In this document: positions 49,311 through 63,880 of the stretch, piece by piece
Numbering within the stretch: the stretch's first letter is position 1
Layout: every line of letters begins with the position of its first letter
Assembly: GCF_963921235.1 (NCBI RefSeq)
Contig: NC_086098.1
Location: forward strand, 5,332,001 to 5,396,000
Reading direction: 5' to 3'
Source of the DNA: Mobula hypostoma
Lineage: Eukaryota
DNA length: 64,000 nucleotides
Translations under genes and position numbers: made by a program
Notes under the pieces: model-generated
What the model was told of the DNA's origin: nothing
Databases searched by the model: none
What the model saw: the letters and a program-made list of their open reading frames with translations, nothing else

Positions 49311-49652
49311 TGTACACTCCGTTCATTACATACATCCATGCACCTGCTCATTAATGCAAATATTAAGTGGCAATGCCAACCATGTGGCAGCAGCTGAACG
49401 CATGAAAGCATGCAGCGCTGTGGGTGAAAACGGCTTGTTAATGAAAGCGCTCAGAGGAGAATGGCCAGGCAGGTTCAAGCTGACAAGAAGGTGTTTGTAG
49501 CTCAAATAACCGCGTATTAAAATAATGGTGTGCGGAAGAGCATCTCTGAACGCACAACACATTGAACATTGAAGCGGGTGGGCTACAGCAGCAGAAGACC
49601 ACGGACATACACTTAGCGGCCACTTTGTTAGGTACAATGACCACTGAGTTTA
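49311..49652 (+). mobile_element. Tc1-derived non-autonomous element, internally deleted
   Basis: Homologous to 21903-22457. Confidence 0.78.
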
Positions 49653-50163
49653 TGCACAGGATGCGGCTACATGAACCTGCCTCTGGTGTTTGCGGTGGGG
49701 TCACGCATGGGCTGCACACGATGTTTACTTCCTCAGGCTTCCTCCGAGATTTTTAGTCAAAGGGTTTACTTTTCTATTTCCATAGACGGTAAGATACAGG
49801 ATCAGAATTAGGCCATTGAGTCTGCTGTGCTCATCCATTTCCCTCTCAACCCCAGTGTCCTGCCTTCTCCTCGTGCTCCCCCATGCCCTGACTAATCAAC
49901 AATCTATGACTGTCTGCCTTAAATATACCAAATTCCTTGGCCTTCACAGCCACCTGTGGCCAAAGAAATTCTTCCTCTTCTTCTTCTTTCTCTATCCTGT
50001 CCCTGTATCCTGAGGCTGTCTCCTCTGGTCTGAGACTCCCCACCATAGGAAGCATCCTATCTAGAGGCCTTTTGAACATTCGATAGGTTTAAATGAGATC
50101 CCCCCTCATTCTTCTGACTTCCAGTGAGTAGAGGCTCAGGGTCCTTAAAGGCTCCTCATGTGA

Positions 50164-50830
50164 GGACATGGTGGAGGATTACAAGTACCTGGGGATACGA
50201 ATTGACAATAAACTGGACTGGTCAAAGAACACTGAGGCTGTCTACAAGAAGGGTCAGAGCCATCTCTATTTTCTGAGCAGACTGAGGTCCTGTAACATCT
50301 GCCGGATGATGCTGAGGATATTCTACGAGTCTGTGGTGGCCAGTGCGATCATGTTTGCTGTTGTGTGCTGGGGCAGCAGGCTGAGGGTAGCAGACACCAA
50401 CAGAATCAACAAACTCATTCGTAAGGCCAGTGATGTTGTGAGGATGGAACTGGACTCTCTCACAGTGGTGTCTGAAAAGAGGATGCTGTCTAAGTTGCAT
50501 GCCATCTTGGACAATGTCTCCCATCCACTACATAATGTACTGGTTGGGCACAGGAGCACATTCAGCCAGAGACTCATTCCACTGAGATGCAACACTGAGC
50601 GTCATAGGAAGTCATTCCTGCCTGTGGCCATCAAACTTTACAACTCCTCCCTTGGAGGGTCAGACACCCTGAGCCGATAGGCTGGTCCTGGATTTATTTC
50701 ATAATTTACTGGCATAATTTACATACTACTATTTAACTATTTATGGTTCTATTACTATTTAATTATTTATGGTGCAACTGTAACGAAAACCAATTTCCCC
50801 CGGCATCAATAAAGTATGACTATGACTATG
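50164..50830 (+). mobile_element. Rex/Babar-type LINE 3' end, nested in a CR1 fragment
   Basis: Open 170-aa C-terminal frame (50168-50680) and (ATGACT)n tail. Confidence 0.9.
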
Positions 50831-51647
50831 TGATAAACCTTTCAATCCCAGGATCATTTTCGTGAACCTCCTTCAAACCCTCTTCAACGTCAGCACATCC
50901 TTTCTGAGATAAGGAGCTTCGAAACAGCTCAGAATACTGCAAGTGAGGCCTCACCAGTGCCTTATAAAGCCCCAGCAATACATTTCAATTAGTTTAAATA
51001 TAATATGTTCTCTAAAAGCTTGTCCCAGCATTTTTTCTCTGAAGCTTTGTTCATTAATATTGTTTTACTTTTACACATACATTTGAGATTTTCCCAGAGA
51101 ATGAAATGTCATTCCATTGTGTTACAACCAGGACACATTAAAGGAAGATTAAGATGTTGTCACTTTACACAGGTTTGCTTTGGAGAATTCATTGCCAATT
51201 CTAGCCCACAGCCTGAGAATTGCTCCAGGCTCTTTAGCAGTTCAGCACTCAGTAAGCATTTTTTTTTGCTTGTTAAGCAACGATTACTGAAAAATATGCA
51301 AACGTATTCATGCTTGTCTTTAAACACACCCACAATGAATGATGAGAGCAGAAGAGAATTCGTAAGGGCAGCAGGGGAAGATTTTAGAAATTCAACAAAA
51401 AGTTGAGCAGAGATGCTGAAGGTATTGGAGTTATTGCTTCTACACCTACTCTGTGATGAAATGGTTTGAACAATTACATCCCTGCATGAATGATAAACTG
51501 ATTGAAACATGGATTGCAGAATTTAACATAAGATCGTAAGGCTTTGTGGGGCAAGACTATAGTCTAGGCTTCTGCTACCACACATAGAGAAATAGAACTG
51601 AGTGGGGAAGTCCCTAAAACAATGAAAGGGGGTATCGCCTCTGAAAT

Positions 51648-51790
51648 TTGTGGCCATGCTATCTTGGTGCCAGAGTATGTTGTGACATGTGTGGGCTGAT
51701 CCAGTACATCCATAGGGTGTGTTGGTTTTTAACACAAATGACGCATTTCACTTTATGCTTTGATGTACATGAGATTATAAATGAATCTGA
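51648..51790 (+). mobile_element. 3' part of a SINE whose tail runs into the hexamer satellite
   Basis: atgctatcttggtgccag..gcatttcactttatgctttgatgtacat matches the SINE 3' ends at 41155-41250 and 43260-43370. Confidence 0.7.
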
Positions 51791-54700
51791 ATCTGTATCT
51801 GAAAATGAATATAAATATGAATATGAAACTGAAACTAAAGCTTATTTTGATTCATCTTAATCTGAAGTTGCATCTGAATGCTAATCTGAATCAGAATCAG
51901 AATCTGCATCTGAATTTAATCAGAATCCGTATCTAAATCTGAATCTGAACGTGCATCTGGATCTCAATCTAAATCTGAATTTTCATCTGAATCTCTATCA
52001 GAATCTGAGCCTGCGTCTGAATCTGAACCTGAATATTAATAACTATCTGCATCCTAATGTTAATCAGAAACTGCGTGTGTATTTGCATCTGAGTCTGAAT
52101 TAGCACCTGCATCTAAGTCTGATTCTGAACGTGAATCTCCATCTGCACCTGATTCTGAAATGAAACCTGAATCTGCATCTGTATCTGAATCTGAATCTTC
52201 AGCTAAATTTGAATTGGTATCTGTATCTAAAGCTGAATCCGAATCTGAATCTGAATCTAGATCAGCATCCGTATCTGAATTAAATTTAAATCTGAATCTG
52301 TACCTGCTCCTTAATCTGCATTTGAATCTCAATCTGAATCTGAACATGAATCTGCATTTGCATCTAAATTTAAATCTGCATCTGAATCTGCACCTAAATC
52401 AGAATTTGCATCTGAATCTGAACATGAAATTGAATCTGCATTGGAATCTGAATCTTAATTTTCATCTAAATCTGAAACTGAAACCAAAGCTTAATCTAAA
52501 TCTGAATCTGAAGTTGCATCAGAATCTGAATCAGACTCTGCATCTGAATTTGAAACAGAATCTGCACCTGAATCTGATTCAGAATTTGTATCTGTAGCTA
52601 CATTTGAATCTTCATCTGAATCTGTATCTATCTGCATTTGAAACTTCATCTGAATCTGCAATTGAATTTGAATCTGAATTTGAATTGGAATCTGTTTCTA
52701 AATGTGAATCTGAATCTGAATCTACATATGAATATGAATTTGAATCTATATCAGAATCTGAATCTGAATCTGCATCTGAATATGAATTTGAATCTATATC
52801 AGAATCTGAATCTGAATCTGCATCTGAATATGAATTTGAATCTATATCAGAATCTGAATCTGAATTTGAATCTGGGTCTGAATAATCACCTGAATCTGTA
52901 TCTTTATCTACCTTTGAATCTGAATCTGAATTTGAATCTGTATCAGAATCAGAATCTGAACCTGCATCCAAATCAGGATTTGTACCTAAATCTGAAATTG
53001 AATCTGCATCAGAATCTGAATATGAATCTTAATTTCCATCTAAATCTGAAATTGAACCAAAGCTTAATCTAAATCTGAATTTGAATTCTGAATCTGAAGT
53101 TGCATGTGAATCTGATTCTTAATCTGAAGTTGCAACTGAATGTTAATCTAAATATGAATCAGAATCTACATCTGAATTTGAATTGGAATCTGTATCTAAA
53201 TGTGAATGTGAACCTGAATCTACATCTAAATCAGAATTTGCACATGAATCTGAACCTGAATCTAAAATCACATCTGAAACAGAAACTAAATCTGCATCTG
53301 CATCTGAATTAAATCTGAATCCAAATCTGCACCTGCACTTGAATCTGAATTTGAATCTGCATCAGAATTAGAATCTGAATCAAAATTAAAATCTGTATCT
53401 GAATAATCATCTGAATCTGATTGTGAGTCTTGATCTGCATCTTCATCTGCATCTGAATCTGAATCTGACTCTGAATCAGATTCGGTGTTAAAATTTGAAT
53501 CAGAATCTGAATCTAAATCTGAACCTGAATTTGCATCTAAATCTAAATCTGAATCGGAATCTTCATCTACTTTTGGTTATAAATTTGAATATGAATCAGC
53601 ATTTGCATCTGAATCAGAATCGCAATCAAAATTTGCATCTGCATTAGAATCAGAATTTGAATCAAGATTTGTATCTGCATCTCAATCTGAATTTGATTGT
53701 GAGCTTCTATCTGCATCTGAAATTGAATCTGAATCTAAATCTTAGTTTTTAGCTAAATCTGAAACTGAAACCAAAGGTTAATCTAAACCTGAATTTAAAT
53801 CTAAATTTGCATCTGAATCTAAATCAGAATCTGCAACTAGATGTGAATTTGATTCAGAATCTGTATCTGTATCTGCATCTGAATCTTCACCTGAATCTGA
53901 ATCTGAATCTGAAATTGAAACGGCATCAGAATCTGAATATGAATCTTAATTTTCAACTAAATCTGAAACTGAAACCAAAGCTTAATCTAAATCTGAATTT
54001 GAATTCTGAATCTGAAGTTGCATCTGAATTGGAATCTTAATCTGAAAGTGCATTTTAATCTGATTCTTAATCTGAAGTTGAATCTGAATCTAAATCAGCA
54101 TCTAAATCAGAATTTGCACCTAAATCTGAACCTGAATCTGAATATAAATCTGGCTTAGAATTTTCATCTTCATCTGAACCTGAATTTGCAACTAAATCTG
54201 ATTTAAATCTAAACCCGAACCTGAATCAGCACTTGCACCTATTCTGAACCTAAATCAGAATATGAATTTGAATCTGCATCCGAATCTGAAACTGTATCTG
54301 AACCTGCATCCAAATCTGAATTTGTATCTATATGTGAATCCGAATCTGCATCTGAAGCTGAATCTAAATCTGAATCTGATTCTGAATATAAATTTGAATT
54401 TGCATATGCATCTGAATAACATAAAATCTGACTCTGAACCTGAATCTGCATTTGCATCTAAACTGAATCTGAATATGAATCTGACTCTGAATTTGAATTT
54501 CTACCTAAATCAACACCTGCATGCAAATTTGAATCTAAGTCTAAATCTGAAGTTTTATCTGAATCTGAATATAAATTTGAATTTGCATATGAGTCTGAAT
54601 ATGAATCCGCTTCTGCAGCTGAAACTGAATCCGAATCTGAATTTGATACCATATCTGCATCTGAATCTGAATTGAATCTGCATTTGCAACTAAATGTGAA

Positions 54701-56995
54701 TCTGAATGTTCATTTGAATCTGTACCTGCATCTGAACCTGAATGTAACTCTCTATCTGCATTAGATTCCCTATCTGAATCTAATCTGATTTTGAATCTGA
54801 ATTTCCATCTGAATCTGAATCTGCATCTGTATTTGAATCTGAATCTGAATCTGAATTTGTATATACAGCTGAATCTGAATCAGAATCTGCATCTCAATCA
54901 AAATTTGCATCTGTGTCTGCATCTGAATCTCACTCTGAATCAGATTCTGTGTCTGAATCTAAATTTGCATCTTAATCTGAATACTAATCTGAAATTGAAT
55001 CTGAATCTGAATTTGAATTTGCAGTTGAACCTGAATGGGCATCGGCATGTTAATTTGAATCTAAATCTAAAGATGAAATTGCATTGTAATCTGAATGAAC
55101 ATTTGAATCCAAATCAATGCATTTGCGTCTGAATCTGAATCTGAAACAGAATCTGAATTTGAAGTTGCTCCCAAATGTGAATGTGAACCTGAACTGGAAT
55201 CTGTATCTGAATTTGAATTGGAAACTGCATCTAATTCTGGATCTAAATTTGAATCTGAATCACCATCTGCATCAGAATCAGAATCAGCATCAATATCTGA
55301 ATCTGAATAAGAATGTCAAACTGCATCTGTATCTGAAACTTAATCTGTGGATACATCTAAATATGAATATGAATCTGAATTTGCATCTGCAACAGCATCT
55401 GAATCTGAATGTGAATTTGCATTTAAATCTAAATCTGAATCTGCACCAACATCTGAATCTGAAAGTGACTCGGCATCTGCATTTAATTCTGAATTTGAAT
55501 CTGCATCTGCACCTGTACCTGAATCTGAATTGCATTCTGTGTCTGAATATGAATTTACATCTTAATCTGAATATGAATCTGAAATTGTATCTGAATCTGA
55601 ATCTGAAATTGAATTTGCATCTGTATCTACACATTAATTTGAATCTAAATCCAAATCTGAAGTTGCATCAGAATCTGAATTACAACAGAACCTGAATATG
55701 ATTTTTTTCTGCACATGAAGCTGAATCTGAATCAGCATTTGAGTCAGACATGTATGCAAATCTGCATCTGAATCAGAAACTGATGTGTATCTGAATCTGA
55801 ATCTGAATATGAATTTCAAACCGCATTTGAATCTGAATCTGAATTTTCAACTGAATCTGAATCTGCATCAAAATATGAATCTGGATCCATATCTGAATCT
55901 GATTCATTTTCTGAATATGAATTTCAATCTGCATCTAAATCTGAATTTGTATCTAAATCTGAATTTTCAACTGAATCTGAATCTGCACCTGCAACTGAAC
56001 CTGCATGTGAATCGGACTCTGAATCTGAAGTTGCATCTGAAACTGAATCCAAATCTTCATCTGCATCTGAATTGTATCTGAGTCTGAATCTGCACCTGCA
56101 CCTGAATCAGAAACTGAATCGGCATCTAAATCTGAATGTGGATCTGAATTAGAATCCGCATTTGCATCTGAATCTGAATCTGAAGTTGCATCTGAAATTG
56201 AATCAGACTCTGCACCTGCATATGAATTTGAATCTGAATGTTCTTATCAAAATGCTCCGAAATCAAAATCTGAACCAAAATCTGCATTTACATTTGAATC
56301 TGAACTTGAATCAGAATCTGCATCTAATTCTGGATATCAATTTTAATCTGAATCAGCATCTGAATCAGCATTTGAATCAGCATCTGAATCTGAATCTGAA
56401 TCTGAATGTGAATCTGCATCTACATCTTAATTTGAATCTGATCGTGAGTCTGAATCTGAATCTGCATCTAAATCTGAATTTGAATTGGAATCTTCATCTA
56501 CTTCTGGTTATCAATTTGATAATTTAAAAATGCAGATGAATTAGCATCTGCATCTGAATCAGAATCTGAATCAAAATTTGCATCTGCATTTCAATCTGAA
56601 TTTGATTGTGAGTTTCCATCTGCATCTGCTTCTGAATCTGAATCTGAACCTTTGTTTTTAGCTAAATCTGAAACGGAAATCAAATCTTAATCTGAATCTA
56701 AATTTGCATCTGAATCTGAATTGGAATCTGTATTTGTATCTGCATCTGAATCTTCACCTGAATCTGAAATCGAATCTAAAATTGAAACTACATCAGAATC
56801 TGCATATGAGACTTAATTTTAATTTAAACCTGAAACTGAAACGAAAACTTAGTCTAAATCTCAATTTGAATTCTGAATCTGAAGTTGCATGTGAGTCTGA
56901 ATCTTAATCTGAAAGTGCATCTTAATCTGATTCTTAATATGAAGTTGCAACTGAATACTAATCTGAATATGAATCAGAAACTGCATCTGAATTTT

Positions 56996-57372
56996 CAGAA
57001 TCAGAATCAGGGTTATTATCACCAGCATGTGATAAGAAATTTGTTAACTTAGCAGCTGCAGTTCAATGCAATATATAATTGAGCAGAGAAAAAATGATAA
57101 ATAGAAAATTTAAAAAAGAACAAGTAAATCAATTATGTATATTGAATAGATTAAAAATGTACAAAAACAGAAGTACTGTATATTAACATACAGTGAGGTA
57201 GTGTCCAAGGATTCAATGTTCATTTAGGAATCTAATTGCAGAAGGGAAGAAGCTGTTCCTGAATCACTTAGTGTGTGCTTTCAGGCTTCTGTACCTCCTA
57301 CCTGATGGTAACAGTGAGAAAAAGGCATGCCCTGGGTGCTGGAGGTCCTTAATAATGGACACTGCATTTAAT
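56996..57372 (-). mobile_element. Rex/L2-type LINE 3' end with (TTCTGA)n tail inside the satellite
   Basis: tcagaatcagaatcagg..ttatt tail complement and an aagaagctgttcctgaa...ggcatgccctggg C-terminal remnant. Confidence 0.8.
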
Positions 57373-57945
57373 AGGAATCTGCATCTAAGTCTGCATCTGC
57401 TTTTGAATTAAATCTGAATTTGAATCTGAAATTGAATCTTAATCTGAATCTAAATCTGCATCTAAATCTGAATTAAACCTAAATTTGAACCTGAATCTGC
57501 ATTTGCATTTATTCTGAATCTGAATCTGAATATGAATTTGTATCTAGGTCAGAATCTGATTCTGAATCAGAATCTGCATCTGAATTTGGATCAGAAACTG
57601 CATTTAAATCTGAATCTGAATTTGCATCTGCATCTACATCTGAAACTGAAGCTGAATGTGAACTTGCATCTGAATCTGATCCTGAATTTGCATTCAAATC
57701 TGAATCTGAATATGAAGTTTCATCTTAATCTGTATCTGCATCTCCATCTGAATCTGAATTAGAAATTGAATCTGTATTTGCATCTGAATCTTAATTCGAA
57801 TCTGAATCTGCATCTGAGTCTGAATCTGATCCTGAACATGAATCTGGATTTGCATCTGAATGTAAATACGAATGTGATTGTGAATCAGAACCAGAATCTG
57901 AATGTGAATTGAAACAGCATCTAAATCTGAACCTGAATCTGAATC

Positions 57946-58418
57946 TGATTCCTGGGATGACAGGACTTTCATATGATGAAAGACTGGATCGACTAGGCTT
58001 ACACTCGCTGGAATTTAGAAGATTGAGGGGGAATCTTATTGAAACTTATAAAATCCTAAAGGGATTGGACAGACTAGATGCATGAAGTTTGTTCCCGATG
58101 TTGGGGAAGTCCAGAATGAGGGGTCACAGTTTGAGGATAAAGGGGAAGCCTTTTAGGACCGAGATGAGGAAAAACTTCTTCACACTGAGAGTGGTGAATC
58201 CGTGGAACTCTCTGCCACAGGAAACAGTTAAGGCCAGTTCATTGGCTATATTTAAGAGGGAGTTAGATATGGCCCTTGTGGCTAAAGGGATCGGGGGTAT
58301 GGAGAGAAGGCAGGTACAGGGTTCTGAGTTGGATGATCAGCCATGATCATACTGAATGATGGTGCAGGTTCGAAGGGCCAAATGGCCTACTCCTGCACCT
58401 ATTTTCTGTGTTTCTATG
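57946..58418 (+). mobile_element. CR1 3' end inside the satellite
   Basis: Near-identical to the reverse complement of 35175-35650. Confidence 0.92.
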
Positions 58419-60561
58419 ATATGGTTCTGCATCTGCATCTGAATCTGAAACTGAGTCAGAATCTGAGTCTGATTCTGCATCTGAATCACAATCAGCATGT
58501 CAATCTGAATATTAATTTGAACTTGGATTCAGATACAAATTCCAATTCAAAGTCAGATTAAGATGCAGATTCAGAATAAGATTTCGAATCAGATGCAGAT
58601 TTAGATACAGATGTAGCTACAGATTCAGATTCTGATTCAGAGGCAATGCCGATTAAGATTCAGATTCAGATTTAGGAAGAAAATTCTAAAGCAGATTCTG
58701 ATTAATATTAAGATAAAGATGCAAATTCAGATTCAGATTCACATTCAGATTCTGAATCACCATCTGCATAAGCATCTGAATCTGAATCTGAATCTGCATC
58801 TGAATTTGAATTAGAAACGGCATTTAAATCTGAATCTGAATATGACCCGTAATCTGCATCTGCATCTGCAGCTGAAGATGAATCTGAATTTGCATCTGAA
58901 TCTGTATCAGAAACAAAATCTCAATCTGAATTTGCATTTGAATCTGACTCTGAATATGAATTTTCATTTTAATCTTAATCTGCAACTAAACCTGAAATTC
59001 AGTCGGAATCTGAATCCACATCCAAATCTGAATCTGAATCTCAATCTGCATCTGCATCGACATCCGAACTTGAATTTGCATCTAAACCTAAATCTAAATC
59101 TGAATCTGAGTTTGCAAGTGAACCTGAATCTGAATATGAAACTGAAATTATATCTGAATATAAATCTAAATCTGTATTTGTATCTGAATATGAATCTGAA
59201 ATTATATCGGAATATAAATCTAAATCTGTATTTGTTTCTGAATCTGAATCTGCATTGCATCTGATTCTGAATATGAATATATTTCTTCAGCTGAATCTAA
59301 ATCTGAATCCACATCTGAATCTGTACCTGTATCTGCATCTGCTTCTGAATCTAAATATGAATATGAAGTTGCATCTAAATTAGATTCAAATACAGATTCA
59401 AGTTCAGATTCAGATGTAGATGAGAATTCACATTCAGTATCAGATTCAGATACAGGTGCAGATTCAGATGCAGATGCAGATGCAGATTGGATTCTGATTC
59501 TGACTCAGGTGCAAATCTGAATGTGATTATGCATCTGAATCTAAATCTGAATCTGCACCTGTATCTGAATGTGAGTCTGAATCTGATTTAGGATCTGAAT
59601 CTGAATCAGCATCTAAGTCTGCACCATCATCTGAACCTGAACCTGTATCTAATGTCCACATCTGCATCTAAATCCGAGTCTGAATCTGAAGTTGCATCTG
59701 AGTCCAAAATTAATCTGAAAGTGCATTTGAATCTGAATATGAATCTGATCTTGCATCTGAATCAGAACCTGGATCTGAATCTAAATCTGCATCTGAATCT
59801 GCATATGAATCTGATCTCGCATCTGAATCAGAACCTGAATCTGAATCTAAATCTGCATCTGAATCTGAAGCTGAAGCTGAATCTTCAACTGCACGTGAAT
59901 TTGACACTAAATCTAAATCTGAAGTTGCATCTGAATGTGCATTGCATCAGAATCTGAATATGAATCTGTTTCTGTACCTGAAGCTGAGTGCAAATCTGCA
60001 ACTAAGTCTGAGTGAATTTCAATCTGCATCTGAAACCGAATCTGAAGTTGTGAAGTTGTATCTCAGTCTGAATGCATCTGAATCTGAACCTGTATATGAA
60101 TATGTTTCTGCACCTGTAGCTGAATCTGAATCTGGAAATGAATTAGAATCTGAATGTGAATATCCATCGGCTCTTAAATCTGAATCTGAATGGGAATCTA
60201 CATCTGTATCTGAATCTGATCAGAATTTGAATCTTAATCTGAAGCCATGCCCGCATCCGAATCTGAATGTGAGTCTACATCTGCATCTGAATCTGAATCT
60301 CCATCTCCATCTGCATCTAAATCTGATTTGGAAGCTGAATGTGAATCTCAATCTGAATCTGCTCCTGCATCTGAATCTGAATCTGAATGTGAACCTACAT
60401 CTGTATCTGAATCTGTTTCTGAATTCTATTTGCATCTGAATCTAAATATGAATCTACATCAGAATCTGCGACTGAATCTGAATCTGAAATTGCATCTGCA
60501 TCTGAATCCACATCTGAATTTGCATTTTGAATCTGAATCTGAATCTTAGTCTGAATAGAGA

Positions 60562-62195
60562 GCATAGAACATAGAAAACCTACAGCACAATACAGTCCCT
60601 TTAGCCCACAATGCTGTGCTGAACATGTATTTACTTTAGAAATTACCTTGGGTTACCCATAGCCCTGTATTTTTCTAAGCTCCATGTATCCATCCAGGAG
60701 TCTCTTATAAGACCCTATTGTATCCCCCTCCACCACCGTTGCCAGAATCCCATTCCACGCACTCACCGTTCTCTGCGTAAAAAACTTACCCCTGTCATCT
60801 CCTCTGTACCTACTCCAAGCACCTTGAAACTATGTCCTCTCATGCTAGCCGTTTCAGCCCTGGGAAGATGCCTCTGACTATCCACACAATCAATGCCTCT
60901 CATCATTTTATACACGTCTATCAATTCACCTCTCATCCTCCGTCATTCCAAGGAGAAAAGGCCAAGTTCACTCAACCTATTCTCATAAGACATGCTCCCC
61001 AATCCTGGCAACATCCTAGTAAATCTCCTCTACACCCTTTCTATAGTTTCCATATCCTTCCTCTAGTTAGGTGACCAGAAATGTGCATATTACTCCAAGT
61101 GGGGTTTGACCAGGGTCCTATATAGCTGCAACATTACCTCTCGGCTCTTGAACTCAATCCCATGGTTGATGAAAGCCAATACACCGCATGCATTCTTAAC
61201 CATACAGTCAACCTGCGCAGCAGCTTTGAGTGTCCTATGGACTCGGACCCCAAGATCCCTCTGATCCTCCACACTGCCAAAAGTCTTGCCATTAATATTA
61301 TATTCTGCCATCATATTTGACCTACCAAAATGAACCACCTCACGCTTATCTGGGTTGAACTTCATCTGCCACTTCTCAGTTCAGTTTTGCATCCTATCAA
61401 TGTCCCGCTGTAACCTCTGACAGCCCTCCACACTATCCACAACACCCCCAAAATTAGTGTCATCAGCATATTTACTAACCCATTCCTCCACTTCCTCATC
61501 CAGGTCAGTTATAAAAAATCATGAAGAGAAGGGGTCCCAGAACAGATCCCTGAGGAACACCACTGGTCATCAACCTCCATGCAGAATATGACCCGTCTAC
61601 AATCTATCTTTGCCTCTGTGGGCAAGCCAATTCTGGATCAACAAAGCAAGATCCCCTTGGATCCCATGTCTGCTTACTTTCTCAATAAGCCTTGCATGGG
61701 GTACCTTATCAAATGCCTTGCTGACATCCATATACACTATGTCACAGCCACGGATTTGGCAGCGCAGCATATACAGCAATTGTGCTCATGAATACGCACG
61801 TGTCAGCTAATTATTATTTCATTGTGATAGTATTTAACTCCATTCATTCCTTCATAGTATTTGTCGAGACTTGGATACAGCAACACTTCACTGCCTGCAT
61901 TCCGCCTTGCCTGAGAAATTGAACTGTCGAGTCAACTGACTCTGAAGACTAGCGGTATTCATTTTATTCTTAGTTGTTTTCTCAGCCACAGTGTAGGCTT
62001 GGTTTTCCATTTGAGAATTTTAGTTAACTGCCTTGTTTTGGCCTAACATTTATTGTTTTCTTTTCCTTTTAACATTGTTCACATTAAAGTCTGTGAACTA
62101 TCGACCTGCATCAGTGTCTCTCACTCCGCACTTGGGTCATATCCGAACCTTGATGACACACTACATCTACTGCTCTACTTTCATCAGTGTGTTTG
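60562..62195 (-). mobile_element. CR1 RT and 3' end inside the satellite
   Basis: VYMDVSKAFDKVPHARL, MKFNPDK..VVHFGRSN, LVKPHLE, and a gaacatag tail complement. Confidence 0.92.
61740..62158 (+). mobile_element. Solo LTR (419 bp) in CR1
   Basis: TGTCA...TGACA ends, perfect 5-bp TSD CACTA, ATTAAA at about 62083. Confidence 0.88.
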
Positions 62196-62407
62196 GTCTG
62201 AATTTACATCCAAATCTGAATCTGCATTGCATCTGATTCTAAAGCTGAAGCTGAATCTGAATCGGTATCGAAATCTAAACCTGAATATGAATCTATATCT
62301 GAATCTGAGTATGAATTTCAACCCTGCATCTGAAACTGAATCTGAATTTGCATCTTAATCTGAATCTGCATCTAAAACTGAATTTGCATCTGAATTTGAA
62401 TCTGATT

Positions 62408-63880
62408 AGCAGAGGGCAGAGTTTAGGATGGTAACACCTCATGGCGATTCCCGAGCTTGCATCCTCGGAAACAGCTCTATTTATAACATCTTTTTCCTTT
62501 TCAGAGGTCTTTTAAAGACCCTGACCTGGAGTTTAACGCTGACTTCGGTTCTTTGCAGAAATACGACCTGTCGTCAGGGCCTTACGACCGGCTGCTTTCA
62601 ATGTGCCAACGACTTGGCCTGGGAGACTAACACACCTTCAGAGTGCCGGGTTTTTATGGCTCTGGAGGTGGGCGGATTCGAAGTCGGTGCTGCTGCCTGG
62701 TGCATTGTGGGAGTACACGGAAGATCAAAAGCAGCGAGCTAGCTGCTGGCTGTTTAGATTAGATTAGATTATGAGAACACTCAGTCCTCGTTTATTGCCA
62801 TTTAGAAATGCATGTATTAAGAAATGATACAATGTTCCTCCAGAGAGATATCACAAAAAAACAGGACAAACCAAAGACTAACACTGACAAGACCACGTAA
62901 TTATAACATATAGTTACAACAGTGCAAAGCAATACCATAATTTGATTAAGAGCAGACCTTGGGCACGGTAAAAAAAAATCTCAAAGTTCCGATCGACTCC
63001 CAATAGTCCCGATAGCAGGCAACAGAAGGGAGAAACTCTCTCTGCCATAAACCTCCAGGCGCCGACAACTGCCGATGCATTGGAAGTACCCAACCCCAGC
63101 CAACTCTGAGTCCGTCCGAAAACTTCGAGCCTCCGACCAGCCCTTCAACACTGAGCATTGAGCACCATCTCTGTCAAGCGCTTCGACCCCGTCCCAGCCA
63201 CCCAGCAACAAGCAAAGCCAAGGACTCAGGGCCTTCCCCTCCGGAGATTCTGGATCACACAGTAGCAGCGGCAGTGAAGAAGGCATTTCAGAAGTTTCTC
63301 CAGATGTTCCTCCATACTCTCACATCTGTCTCCATCAAATCAGAATTGTGCACGACACCCTACTTGACAGATTACAAATAAAATTCACCGGAGTGGCTGC
63401 TGCACGCTACGTCGCGCCATCATCTTCTCCTCCTCCTTTGCCTGGAGACCTGAGGTCTTTGGGCACAGAGCTCGGAAAAAGTGATGCAACAGACTTATAA
63501 CACCATAAGTTGGCGAGTTGTTTTGTTATGTTTCCTCTCTCGCTGTGAAATGGGGACATCTCTTTTTCCCTTATTATGTCGAATTACTGGGTGAATGAGT
63601 AGTCTTTGGGTACTGCAAGCCTGTGTCTTTATTGATGTTTTGCTGCACGCTTGAGTGCAGGTGAAGGGTGCAGATGTTTTTTTTGCTGGTGGGGGAAGGG
63701 GGAGTTCATCATTTTGCTGCTGCTTATGCATGGGAGGGGGAGCCAGCGGGGCTTTGGGGTTTTAACATTTAACTATCATTCATTCTTTGGGGCACTCCTC
63801 TGTTTGGGAAGAAAAGGAATTTCAGAATGTATATTGTATACATTTCTCTGACATTAATTGTATCTATTGAAACCTACTGA
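62408..63880 (+). mobile_element. Non-autonomous LINE-derived element in the satellite, split by a third YY1/(AATCT)n element
   Basis: Non-satellite sequence with a LINE-like 3' end (gaatttcagaatgtatattgtatacatttctctgacattaa). No ORF. Confidence 0.55.
62754..63437 (-). mobile_element. Third copy of the YY1-motif/(AATCT)n retroposon
   Basis: ttagattagattagattatgag start and gccatcatcttctcctcc end, homologous to 27559-28160. Confidence 0.8.

Noticed and set aside
52060..60549. Ser-Asp/Ser-Glu or Leu-Asn repeat ORFs resembling dentin sialophosphoprotein or SD-repeat adhesins
   Set aside because: These are translations of a hexamer satellite. Frames are broken by frequent stops and phase shifts, orientation flips, TEs interrupt it, and there is no signal peptide or splice structure.
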